Positions 9,580 through 17,186 are shown, numbered from the stretch's first letter. The stretch is DNA of 64,000 bases from a virus (IMGVR_UViG_3300032167_000010); one strand, 5' to 3'. The notes: generated by a model not told the origin, from the sequence alone. Made by a program: numbers and translations.

Positions 9580-9976
9580 ATGAAAAAAACTTATACTATT
9601 ACATTTAAGGCAGAACTTACTGAAGAGGATGTTAAAGCGATGCAAGGTTGTTTCTATCAAGCAATGAACGAAAGTATGGAAATTTCTGAAGTTTGGGGGG
9701 TTAGAAATTACTGAAGATAAGTTTAGTGCAGAACCAGATAACGGTTTTTATCATATTCACGACTGTGTTGACGCTTTAATGAACTGTGAGAGCATTGATG
9801 AAGTTAACAACTTGTTAGATAACTTCCCTCATAAATTTGGTGAATGGTGGGTAGACACTATTGGTGAAGGGGAAGACGCTTACTACGAAGTCACCAACGA
9901 GTGGTGGGATTCTGTAAACGAAGAACTTTGTAGTAATCAATACCAACTTGACATCGAGGTAGAGGAGGAAGACTAA
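9580..9976 (+). CDS. hypothetical acidic protein encoded in two overlapping frames joined at a G6 tract (+1 frameshift or homopolymer length error)
   Basis: frame 1 ORF 9580..9714 (good SD) overlaps the frame +1 reading frame open from 9668 to 9976; downstream ATG 9779 has no SD; G6 at 9695-9700. Confidence 0.45.
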
Positions 9977-9984
9977 AATTATTT

Positions 9985-9994
9985 GCTAAATTAT
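9985..9994 (+). promoter_or_regulatory. late-type promoter motif tttGCTAAATTATTT (copy 1)
   Basis: GCTAAATTAT 36 nt upstream of ATG 10023. Confidence 0.5.
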
Positions 9995-10022
9995 TTGATT
10001 AACTTCAAAGGAGACCATACTT

Positions 10023-10562
10023 ATGGCAATAATAGAAAACTTTAGTACATTATCACAAGAAGAACTTAAAGAGTTTGTTGATAAACTTATAAAAACTATT
10101 AACACAGAGCAGATCTTCGCAGATAATGCTGAACTTACATTGGATACTCAATGTGCTATAGAGACAAGTGATTTTGATGGCAATCTTTATATCCCACTTG
10201 AGTGTGCTATTGATGTTGAGCGTTTTGCTAAATGGGATTGTGGTAGTCCTGAAGAACGCTTTGATATGAATAGTGCCTATAATCTAAATTTTGATAACTC
10301 TATTATAGAAGATGCAAAAAAATCATTTAAGACGCTTTCTACAACACTTGAAGGTTATAACGTAAGTTTAGAGTTAGATGATGTAGATGACGACGGATAT
10401 GAACAAGTAGAAGTAGATAGCTATTCTGAAGCAGATGCTGGTATTGGTGAGTATGAGTTCTGGGGGCATAAGAGCTACGACTCTCAGCCTTACTGTGAAG
10501 TTGAAGGTACTATAACTAAATCATGTACTTGTTATATAACACTTTGTGTTGAGCCTATTTAA
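10023..10562 (+). CDS. hypothetical highly acidic protein (179 aa)
   Basis: ORF track; SD AAAGGAGA; preceded by GCTAAATTAT motif. Confidence 0.6.
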   Translation: MAIIENFSTLSQEELKEFVDKLIKTINTEQIFADNAELTLDTQCAIETSDFDGNLYIPLECAIDVERFAKWDCGSPEERFDMNSAYNLNFDNSIIEDAKKSFKTLSTTLEGYNVSLELDDVDDDGYEQVEVDSYSEADAGIGEYEFWGHKSYDSQPYCEVEGTITKSCTCYITLCVEPI

Positions 10563-10580
10563 TAATTAAAATTAACTAAT

Positions 10581-10612
10581 AAACCCTGAGGCATATGTCT
10601 TGGGGTTTTTAT
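10581..10612 (+). terminator. putative terminator
   Basis: aaaccc..ggggttttt stem with T-run. Confidence 0.45.
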
Positions 10613-10655
10613 TTTATAAAAAATTAAAAAAATTTTCAAAAAGTTTGTAAAAACA

Positions 10656-10684
10656 GTTTACAAAATTGGAAAAATATGTTATAA
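10656..10684 (+). promoter_or_regulatory. early-class promoter
   Basis: TTTACA 10656-10661; TGtTATAAT ending 10684. Confidence 0.7.
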
Positions 10685-10721
10685 TATTGTATGTAAATAA
10701 GATTTGGAGGTTAGTTAGAAT

Positions 10722-10904
10722 ATGCCAGAACCTAAATATATACCTAAAAAAAGAACAGCACTAGATGGTAAAACTTGGTGGTGTGTTTATGACACTGTGA
10801 AAGACGCTTGGAGTACGATAATTTATTTTGGTAAGTATAAAACTAAAAAAGCTTGCCAAATAGATATTGACTTTTTCACAAAGGAGGATAAGAAGAATGA
10901 CTAA
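10722..10904 (+). CDS. hypothetical protein (60 aa)
   Basis: ORF track; SD TGGAGGT. Confidence 0.5.
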   Translation: MPEPKYIPKKRTALDGKTWWCVYDTVKDAWSTIIYFGKYKTKKACQIDIDFFTKEDKKND

Positions 10905-11229
10905 AACAGAATTTGAAGAAATGACATTAGACGAACTTTTAGAATGGGCTAATGAAAATATCAATGATATTACATACGAAGATACTTTGATTGAATTTGC
11001 AAAGCATAAGATTGATGACGATAATATTTATATGGCCATACATATCCTCGGAGCAATCTATAATAGCGAAGAAGCTTATAACAATTACTACTTATATGAC
11101 TACTCTATGGGAACTTTGGAAACTCCGACACCTATTACTTGTAAAGAAGATTTAGAACCTTACATAGACTTTGATGATGAAGAGGACTGTGAAATATATA
11201 CCTGTTGGGATTTAGACGAGGAGGAATGA
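10897..11229 (+). CDS. hypothetical acidic protein
   Basis: ORF track 10867..11229; ATG after AAGGAGGA. Confidence 0.5.
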   Translation: MTKTEFEEMTLDELLEWANENINDITYEDTLIEFAKHKIDDDNIYMAIHILGAIYNSEEAYNNYYLYDYSMGTLETPTPITCKEDLEPYIDFDDEEDCEIYTCWDLDEEE

Positions 11230-11231
11230 TT

Positions 11232-11441
11232 ATGATTAAGTGTGTATATTTGATTAAATGTGAACGAGATGCGTATGACCCTAATGATATCACCGCTACT
11301 TACACGGATATAGTAGGTTTTGTAGACGACGTTGAAGTTGCAAAAGCATACTGTCTTAAAAGAAATGATGGTTGGGAATACGGTCCTTACTCTTATGAAT
11401 GTGTGAGCGAACTTACTATAAAAGATATGGAGGAAAACTAA
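11232..11441 (+). CDS. hypothetical protein
   Basis: ORF track 11205..11441; ATG 7 nt after GAGGAGG. Confidence 0.5.
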   Translation: MIKCVYLIKCERDAYDPNDITATYTDIVGFVDDVEVAKAYCLKRNDGWEYGPYSYECVSELTIKDMEEN

Positions 11442-11854
11442 TGAGAGACACAACTAATAAAATTTTAGAAATGATCGATGAAGGATTACTTGATGCTAGA
11501 GATGTTGCTCAGATGTGTCTAAAGTATATGAGTGAAGACGCTGTAGCAGATATGGCTGAGGCTAATGAGGTCTTCTTTGAAGAGGAAGAAGATGTTGATG
11601 AAGACTTCGATGAAGAAGCACCTGAATGTCCTTACATAGTTTTCGCTGGGAAGTCTTGTAGCGAAGAAAACCCAATGTCTGCGTGGCCAACTGAAGAAAG
11701 TGCTATCGAAGCGGGAAAAGCAATATTGGCTAGTAAGTCTATTTTCTATAAGTATGTTGAAGTAGTGCTTATGCCGGAAGATGATATTGATACCAACGAA
11801 GTTATTTGGTGGGGAGAAAATGTTGATACGACCAACGTAGGCCAACAGAATTAA
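11441..11854 (+). CDS. hypothetical highly acidic protein
   Basis: ORF track 11399..11854; ATG after TGGAGGAA; EEEEDVDEDFDEE tract. Confidence 0.55.
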   Translation: MRDTTNKILEMIDEGLLDARDVAQMCLKYMSEDAVADMAEANEVFFEEEEDVDEDFDEEAPECPYIVFAGKSCSEENPMSAWPTEESAIEAGKAILASKSIFYKYVEVVLMPEDDIDTNEVIWWGENVDTTNVGQQN

Positions 11855-11930
11855 CCCTGTGGGATTAGTTTAAGTCTAGTTTTAGTATTTTATCATCACT
11901 AGATTAACTAGCCCCAGAGGGCTAAATAAA
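11855..11930 (+). other. long imperfect hairpin followed by variant late motif GCTAAATAAA
   Basis: ccctgtggg(11855-63) pairs with cccagaggg(11913-21), 49-nt enclosed region with inner ctag repeats; GCTAAATAAA 11921-11930. Confidence 0.35.
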
Positions 11931-11962
11931 GACTCAAATACATTATAAATAGGAGAACAAAT

Positions 11963-12190
11963 ATGAAAAAAGAATGCACTGGAAATCTTAAAGAGATTAT
12001 TTTAGCAATGATCGAAAACGAAACGGACTGTTGTGAAGTTACAAATACTGTCGGTGACATTTCTGTAACTGTAGACATTACTATTACTAAGATAGTAGAT
12101 AAAGGTGAAGTAGTCTACGATGCTTACGAAGATAAAGATGATCCTTACAGCGACGAGATTGATGACTACGAGCCTCGAATTTTACATTAA
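11963..12190 (+). CDS. hypothetical acidic protein (75 aa)
   Basis: ORF track; SD ATAGGAGAA. Confidence 0.5.
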   Translation: MKKECTGNLKEIILAMIENETDCCEVTNTVGDISVTVDITITKIVDKGEVVYDAYEDKDDPYSDEIDDYEPRILH

Positions 12191-12229
12191 AATTTTTTAA
12201 AAAATTTTTAAAAAAGTGGCTAAAAACAG

Positions 12230-12258
12230 TTTACAAATCCGGTAAAATATGTTATAAT
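12230..12258 (+). promoter_or_regulatory. early-class promoter
   Basis: TTTACA 12230-12235; TGtTATAAT ending 12258. Confidence 0.7.
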
Positions 12259-12293
12259 ATAATTACAAAGATTGATTAAGGAGACCGCTTGTT

Positions 12294-12485
12294 ATGAAAA
12301 AGTATGGTGTTTACAGAGTATTTATTGAAAACGAAAAAGTTGACAAATGGCTTTGGGGAACTTGGGAAGACCCTCACAGAGCAAATGAAGTCGGACTTGA
12401 AATTCAAGGAGACGGTTATTTTACAGAAGTAATTGAATTTGAAGACCAAGATCCACCTAAACATATCTTTTATCATGCAAACTAA
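12294..12485 (+). CDS. hypothetical protein
   Basis: ORF track; SD TAAGGAGA. Confidence 0.55.
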   Translation: MKKYGVYRVFIENEKVDKWLWGTWEDPHRANEVGLEIQGDGYFTEVIEFEDQDPPKHIFYHAN

Positions 12486-12504
12486 ATACTTGGAGGGTTA
12501 ATTT

Positions 12505-12720
12505 ATGGAAAACGAAAAATATCCTATTAAAGAAGAATGGCAAGAATACTACGATGTATTAGAAGGAATTAGAAGAACTGGCGTCGTGAATATGTGGGGA
12601 GCTTCTCCCTACTTAAAAGAGTTTTGCCCAGAGCTATCAGAAAAAGAATCTCAAGAAATTCTTTGCAACTGGATACATAACTACAACGAGTTAAACAAAA
12701 AGTTTGGCTGGCAAAAATAA
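12505..12720 (+). CDS. hypothetical protein
   Basis: ORF track; SD TGGAGGG. Confidence 0.55.
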   Translation: MENEKYPIKEEWQEYYDVLEGIRRTGVVNMWGASPYLKEFCPELSEKESQEILCNWIHNYNELNKKFGWQK

Positions 12721-12734
12721 AGGAGTACATACGT

Positions 12735-13139
12735 ATGAACTATAATGACACTATTAAAGATTTAACTGCTTGGCTCGAAGACTTAAAGAGATCTGCTAAG
12801 CTTGATGAACCTTTTACCATCTCTTGGTTTAAAGGAACTAAAAATTATCCATTTTCGATTATCGGAGGCTGGACGAAAGGCTTCTCTGATGACTATGCCG
12901 ACTTATTATGCGTTAGTGAATCAGAATCTGAGTATGCTATGTGTGTAAAGATCGTTATCAACGAAGGATCTTATGCGTATACTGACTACGAAGCTATGAA
13001 CATGCCGTATGATGAAGAATCCGGTAATGTTGATGACACTGAAGTCGCTCTTGAGTGGGATGACAACTCTGAAAGTCTCGCTACGTGGTTATTAACGGAG
13101 TGGGAAAGGATTATGAAAGAGCACGGAGAGGAAATCTAA
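12735..13139 (+). CDS. hypothetical protein (134 aa)
   Basis: ORF track; SD AAGGAGTA. Confidence 0.55.
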   Translation: MNYNDTIKDLTAWLEDLKRSAKLDEPFTISWFKGTKNYPFSIIGGWTKGFSDDYADLLCVSESESEYAMCVKIVINEGSYAYTDYEAMNMPYDEESGNVDDTEVALEWDDNSESLATWLLTEWERIMKEHGEEI

Positions 13140-13303
13140 TGTTGTATACCCTAGAATTAACTGAAGAAGAAATAGACTTCATCAAGGAAAGATGCTCACG
13201 TAAGGCGGCGAGATTAGAAGAATCTCATTTAGAAGATACTCCCTGCTATAAACTATCGTGGGACATCATGATCAAGATTATGAATATTAAAAAGGAGAAT
13301 TAG
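13139..13303 (+). CDS. hypothetical protein
   Basis: ORF track 13085..13303; ATG after GGAGAGG overlapping upstream stop. Confidence 0.45.
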   Translation: MLYTLELTEEEIDFIKERCSRKAARLEESHLEDTPCYKLSWDIMIKIMNIKKEN

Positions 13304-13304
13304 T

Positions 13305-13493
13305 ATGGATATATTTAGTCAACGCAGTAATGAACTTCAAAAAGCGTATGAAGAAGGAATAATCCACGGTGTAGAAACCGTGTGTGCTGAACTAACTGAA
13401 ACTTTTAAAGATATTCCAATGTGGGGATCTGTAGCAGTATATCATATCAATAAGTTGTTAGAAAACTTTAATAAGGAGAAAGACGCCAGATGA
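13305..13493 (+). CDS. hypothetical protein
   Basis: ORF track; SD AAAGGAGAA. Confidence 0.5.
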   Translation: MDIFSQRSNELQKAYEEGIIHGVETVCAELTETFKDIPMWGSVAVYHINKLLENFNKEKDAR

Positions 13494-13738
13494 GAAAACC
13501 TGAAATAATCGAAACTTCCGAAATTTCGCCATGTCCGTTTTGTGGTAATACCAAACTTAAGGTAGATAGTAAGCACAATGGTCATTGGTCTACTGTTGGA
13601 ACACACTCTGCTACTGTAAGATGCACTAAGTGTCATGCCAGAGGTCCGACTGCATCGTGTAAAGTATCCCCTGAACTTTATGGTGCAGATGATGCTACTA
13701 AACAGAAAGCAATAGAACTTTGGAATAAGAGGATTTAA
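13490..13738 (+). CDS. Lar-like zinc-finger protein (possible restriction alleviation)
   Basis: SPCPFCGN...CTKCHARG double Cys pairs typical of the Lar family; ATGA overlap with upstream gene. Confidence 0.45.
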   Translation: MRKPEIIETSEISPCPFCGNTKLKVDSKHNGHWSTVGTHSATVRCTKCHARGPTASCKVSPELYGADDATKQKAIELWNKRI

Positions 13739-13740
13739 CT

Positions 13741-14049
13741 ATGAAAAAAGAAATTAGTTTTTGGAAAACACAGTGGTTTAGTATGGTGGTAGCTTTCATT
13801 GCTATTGCTACGGGATTCGTTTATCTTATCGGAGCAGTATCAATAGTAGAACCAGTACTTTCATTATTCTGGTTTTTAATCTCCGAAGTTTGGGTCATTA
13901 CAGCTTTAGTGGACTATAATAACCTTCGTATTAAGAAGATACGAGATAGAATAGAAGTACTTGAGTACTGCGCAATTACAGACATAGTAGAAGAGTCTCC
14001 TAAACACTATGTGGTAAAGAGACGACTCGGTCCAGATAAGGAGGACTAA
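13741..14049 (+). CDS. small membrane protein (2 TM)
   Basis: ORF track; hydrophobic helices. Confidence 0.55.
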   Translation: MKKEISFWKTQWFSMVVAFIAIATGFVYLIGAVSIVEPVLSLFWFLISEVWVITALVDYNNLRIKKIRDRIEVLEYCAITDIVEESPKHYVVKRRLGPDKED

Positions 14050-14051
14050 CT

Positions 14052-14258
14052 ATGGGAAAAACACTTACTCAAAGAATCTATGAAACTCCACTAGATATTA
14101 AAGATGCTCTTTATAACAGTGGATACAAAGCCGGCAAATCAGCAATGATAAGTGAAATAAAAGATATTCTAGAAGACTGCTCTCAGACTAATGGTATAAT
14201 GTTCGTTAGAGCGCTTCAAGATCTTATAGAAAAATACGGAGAGAAAGATGCTAGATAA
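14052..14258 (+). CDS. hypothetical protein
   Basis: ORF track; SD AAGGAGGA. Confidence 0.5.
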   Translation: MGKTLTQRIYETPLDIKDALYNSGYKAGKSAMISEIKDILEDCSQTNGIMFVRALQDLIEKYGEKDAR

Positions 14259-14484
14259 AATTTATCTTTATGGTGCAAGGGATACCACAACAGGAAAGTT
14301 AGTATCAGATATTACTAATCCTAAAAGAAAGTATTGGGATAAGAAAGGTAATGCCGAGAAAGCAATCAGCGATTACAATCGAGGTTATGCCAACAGAAAA
14401 CTTCCGTATTCCGCTAACAAAGGCGAACATGGGATTATCGAATTAGTTATCTTTGAATTAGTAGAGGTGCCAAATGGAAAATAA
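14248..14484 (+). CDS. hypothetical protein
   Basis: ORF track; SD GGAGAGA. Confidence 0.5.
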   Translation: MLDKIYLYGARDTTTGKLVSDITNPKRKYWDKKGNAEKAISDYNRGYANRKLPYSANKGEHGIIELVIFELVEVPNGK

Positions 14485-14698
14485 AGAAATAAAGTATTGG
14501 ATTATTAAGAATCCTGACACTGGACTTTACTACAGAGGTAAGGGAGAAAACCGTTGGGGTAAGTACTACAATCAAGCGTCTATCTTTAGAATTAGAGGGC
14601 AAGTAGAAGAATCCTGTGAGTGGATTAATAGATGCCATCGTAATGGTGAGAAGGCTGAAATTGTAGAAATTAAAATTATAGAAATTAGTAATAATTAA
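14474..14698 (+). CDS. hypothetical protein
   Basis: ORF track; SD GAGGTG. Confidence 0.5.
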   Translation: MENKEIKYWIIKNPDTGLYYRGKGENRWGKYYNQASIFRIRGQVEESCEWINRCHRNGEKAEIVEIKIIEISNN

Positions 14699-14707
14699 CA
14701 AAAAGAA

Positions 14708-14722
14708 ATCGTATAATATAAT
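14708..14722 (+). promoter_or_regulatory. middle-class extended -10 promoter (cgTATAATATAAT)
   Basis: TATAAT 14712-14717 with no -35 at the expected spacing. Confidence 0.35.
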
Positions 14723-14745
14723 ATAAAACATTGGAGGATTTAATT

Positions 14746-14928
14746 ATGAGTATTTATGGTAAATATGAAACTTATAAAATTGTATACTATCCTAAAATTC
14801 AAAATAACGGTCAAATGGGAGTTGCTCTTGTAGAAGCTGGAGACTGGTCGCACGCAATGACTCTTTTCCAAGAACAATATGCCGGACAATTCCACACTGT
14901 AAAGAGCTGTGAAAAATTACTCGGCTAA
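14746..14928 (+). CDS. hypothetical protein
   Basis: ORF track 14731..14928; ATG after TGGAGGA. Confidence 0.5.
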   Translation: MSIYGKYETYKIVYYPKIQNNGQMGVALVEAGDWSHAMTLFQEQYAGQFHTVKSCEKLLG

Positions 14929-14957
14929 TTTAGAAAATTACAGCAAAATGTAAAAAG

Positions 14958-14976
14958 TTTTACTGTATAATATAAT
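14958..14976 (+). promoter_or_regulatory. middle-class extended -10 promoter (cTGTATAATATAAT)
   Basis: TGTATAAT 14964-14971. Confidence 0.45.
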
Positions 14977-14977
14977 A

Positions 14978-15128
14978 GAAAATGCCGCGGGGAATAACTA
15001 CTTTTGATATATCTCTTATCGTTTTCTTTTGTAAGTGTTCCTTCATTCTCCTCCTTAAACATAAACATTCTCCGTGGCTTCCACATAATTATTTAAAAAG
15101 ACCTGCTGTTTTAGTGGGTCTTTTTTCT
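14978..15128 (+). ncRNA. candidate ~150-nt small RNA (promoter + terminator unit without ORF)
   Basis: starts just downstream of TGTATAAT; ends at hairpin gacctgctgttttagtgggtc + T6 (15098-15128); internal ccttcattCTCCTCCttaaac anti-SD-like motif; 5' gccgcgg pairs with 3' ccgtggc. Confidence 0.4.
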
Positions 15129-15175
15129 ACCATTTATTGTATACTATAGTATTATGAAATTTGGAGGATTAACAA

Positions 15176-15364
15176 ATGAGTAAGTACACTACATATTATA
15201 ATAGTAGACAGACGATGTATAGAGATCTAGCGACTAATTGGATGAAGTACGTAGAAGAACATGGGATTACGAAACGTCAGATGCACGGGATGTCTATCTT
15301 CTTTACTAATATCGCTAGAAGATTCGGATTAATGAAAGACTTCCGAGACATCGGAGTTATTTAA
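15176..15364 (+). CDS. hypothetical protein
   Basis: ORF track; SD TGGAGGA. Confidence 0.5.
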   Translation: MSKYTTYYNSRQTMYRDLATNWMKYVEEHGITKRQMHGMSIFFTNIARRFGLMKDFRDIGVI

Positions 15365-15391
15365 TTTTTTTCAAGAACTTCTTAAAAACAG

Positions 15392-15420
15392 TTTACAAAT
15401 TCTACCAAATGTGATATAAT
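15392..15420 (+). promoter_or_regulatory. early-class promoter
   Basis: TTTACA 15392-15397; TGaTATAAT ending 15420. Confidence 0.7.
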
Positions 15421-15453
15421 ATAGGTAGAATAAAAGTTAAGGAGAAATTACCG

Positions 15454-15828
15454 ATGCTTGAAATTATTAAAGAACGTAAAGTAAGAATCGAAAAAGAATA
15501 CTACATTAACTTTGACTGTAAGGCTGACGATAGTTGCGGATTTATTTTCCCTGCTAATCCAGATGAAACTCTTGCGTTGGATAAGATGCCGGAAGAAGCG
15601 AGGGCTAACTATTATACCTGTGAAATGAACGTAGACTTATACAATCGTTGGTTTGAAGAACGCGAAGTAAAAGTAGTTGACTATGCTGTGGGAAAATGTA
15701 GATGTGGTGCCAAAGTCGAACTAACTGACGATGCTTGGATGGGAGCAGTACAGTGTGAGAAGTGTGGTAAGTGGTACAACATCTACGGACAAGAACTCAG
15801 AGACCCGAAGTATTGGGAGGAGGATTAA
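15454..15828 (+). CDS. Zn-ribbon protein
   Basis: ORF track; CRCG..17..CEKCG; SD AAGGAGAA. Confidence 0.55.
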   Translation: MLEIIKERKVRIEKEYYINFDCKADDSCGFIFPANPDETLALDKMPEEARANYYTCEMNVDLYNRWFEEREVKVVDYAVGKCRCGAKVELTDDAWMGAVQCEKCGKWYNIYGQELRDPKYWEED

Positions 15829-15829
15829 G

Positions 15830-16081
15830 ATGAATAGATACCTTATCTTTTCTATTACCATAGCCGAAGATGATCTAAAACATCTTCCTGAGAAATCATG
15901 GTACAATCATAACTACTATGAAATAACCGACTGGAACGACTATCTAATTCCCGAGAAGTGTAATATACTCTTTGAGGAGTGTGAAGATGATGGACCCGGT
16001 GCTTACTATCACTTGGGATACTTTGAGGGTGAACAATTTAAGTCTATGTTTACTTGGTATGAAGATGAAGCATTGATTTAA
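15830..16081 (+). CDS. hypothetical protein
   Basis: ORF track 15731..16081; ATG after GGGAGGAGGA. Confidence 0.5.
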   Translation: MNRYLIFSITIAEDDLKHLPEKSWYNHNYYEITDWNDYLIPEKCNILFEECEDDGPGAYYHLGYFEGEQFKSMFTWYEDEALI

Positions 16082-16120
16082 AAATAATTTAAAAATTTTT
16101 AAAAAACTACTCAAAAACAG

Positions 16121-16149
16121 TTTACAAAATTTGGTAAACATGATATAAT
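16121..16149 (+). promoter_or_regulatory. early-class promoter
   Basis: TTTACA 16121-16126; TGaTATAAT ending 16149. Confidence 0.7.
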
Positions 16150-16182
16150 ATATATAAAGAATAAATAAAAGAGGTACATATT

Positions 16183-16428
16183 ATGCAGTCAACAAGAATC
16201 GCAGATACAAATGAAATTAACAGAAGGTGCAGTGAAGTCTTTGATATGCAAGAAGGCGACTTCGTTTGGGGAATCTTCCTAACTGATGACGGTCAATTGT
16301 TAGTTGAAATGGAAGAGATTACAGAAGACGGTGATAGTTCTGGCATCTTTAACTTTGAACCTAATATGGAAGAAAGACCTGAGGCACTCGCTTACTTGAT
16401 GGGCGAGAGAAACGATTTTAACGATTAA
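16183..16428 (+). CDS. hypothetical acidic protein
   Basis: ORF track; SD AAGAGGTA. Confidence 0.55.
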   Translation: MQSTRIADTNEINRRCSEVFDMQEGDFVWGIFLTDDGQLLVEMEEITEDGDSSGIFNFEPNMEERPEALAYLMGERNDFND

Positions 16429-16468
16429 AAAATAATTAAAAAATTTTTGAAAAAGTAGTTAAAAACAG

Positions 16469-16497
16469 TTTACAAATCTCACCAAATATGTTATAAT
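16469..16497 (+). promoter_or_regulatory. early-class promoter
   Basis: TTTACA 16469-16474; TGtTATAAT ending 16497. Confidence 0.7.
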
Positions 16498-16533
16498 ATA
16501 TGTAATGAATAAAGTTAATAAGGAGAACATATT

Positions 16534-16752
16534 ATGTTTTATTACAAAGTAGAATCAAGTCATTGGCCAAACAATTTAGAATTCAAATCTAAAATTAAAA
16601 TGGAAGTAGGACAATGTTTCCGAATTACTTCTCACGATGGTTTCAAATCGTATCCAACTAGATTTAAGGTATTAAGTGTTTCAGATACTCCTGAATATAC
16701 TGGAACTGTTGTTGAAATTCTAGATGCCGATTTAACTGTTGAACAGTTCTAA
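16534..16752 (+). CDS. hypothetical protein
   Basis: ORF track; SD AAGGAGAA. Confidence 0.55.
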   Translation: MFYYKVESSHWPNNLEFKSKIKMEVGQCFRITSHDGFKSYPTRFKVLSVSDTPEYTGTVVEILDADLTVEQF

Positions 16753-16818
16753 CTTTAATCACACTTATCCAAACTCGTTTTGGTTAATCTAATTTTCATA
16801 TTTTCAACTTTCGGAAAA

Positions 16819-16852
16819 AGACTGATAGAGAAAATCTATTGGTCTTTTTTCT
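16819..16852 (+). terminator. rho-independent terminator
   Basis: agactgatag-N7-ctattggtct (two G-U wobbles) plus T6. Confidence 0.55.
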
Positions 16853-16860
16853 TTTACTTA

Positions 16861-16889
16861 TTTACAGACCTCCGGAACCGTGCTATAAT
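16861..16889 (+). promoter_or_regulatory. early-class promoter (divergent spacer sequence, same geometry)
   Basis: TTTACA 16861-16866; TGcTATAAT ending 16889; 17 bp spacer. Confidence 0.6.
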
Positions 16890-16916
16890 TATCTAGAAAG
16901 TTGGAGGTGAAAGTAG

Positions 16917-17105
16917 ATGATTAGTTATTTAAGACTCAAAGATATGTGTAGAACTGTCTGGTCTTTATTAACTGAAGAAGAGCGGGACTACTATCTAGAA
17001 AATGTCGGGATGATTAAATTTATAAAAGATGTTTCTAACTTACTTGGTTTGACACCAGAATATCTTTTAGTTGAACTATATGATGAGATACTAGAACAAT
17101 TGTAA
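16917..17105 (+). CDS. hypothetical protein
   Basis: ORF track; SD TTGGAGGTGA. Confidence 0.5.
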   Translation: MISYLRLKDMCRTVWSLLTEEERDYYLENVGMIKFIKDVSNLLGLTPEYLLVELYDEILEQL

Positions 17106-17109
17106 AAGA

Positions 17110-17142
17110 AGAGATCGGTCGTTTGTTGACCGGTCTTTTTAA
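17110..17142 (+). terminator. rho-independent terminator
   Basis: gatcggtc-gtttgtt-gaccggtc plus T-run. Confidence 0.6.
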
Positions 17143-17186
17143 TTAAAAAAAATTAAAAAATTTTCAAAAAAAGTTATTAAAAACAG

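Noticed and set aside
14968-15056. 29-codon minus-strand ORF with an aaggagg-like sequence (antisense of the CTCCTCC motif).
   Set aside because: SD-ATG spacing is only ~3 nt, there is no minus-strand promoter, and the apparent SD is just the reverse complement of the anti-SD motif.
14984-15084. Possible tRNA: 5' gccgcgg … 3' ccgtggc could form a 7-bp acceptor-like stem.
   Set aside because: The span is ~95 nt with no recognisable D-arm or T-arm (no GTTC..A..C motif), and the 3' end reads ttcca rather than discriminator+CCA; more consistent with a structured sRNA.
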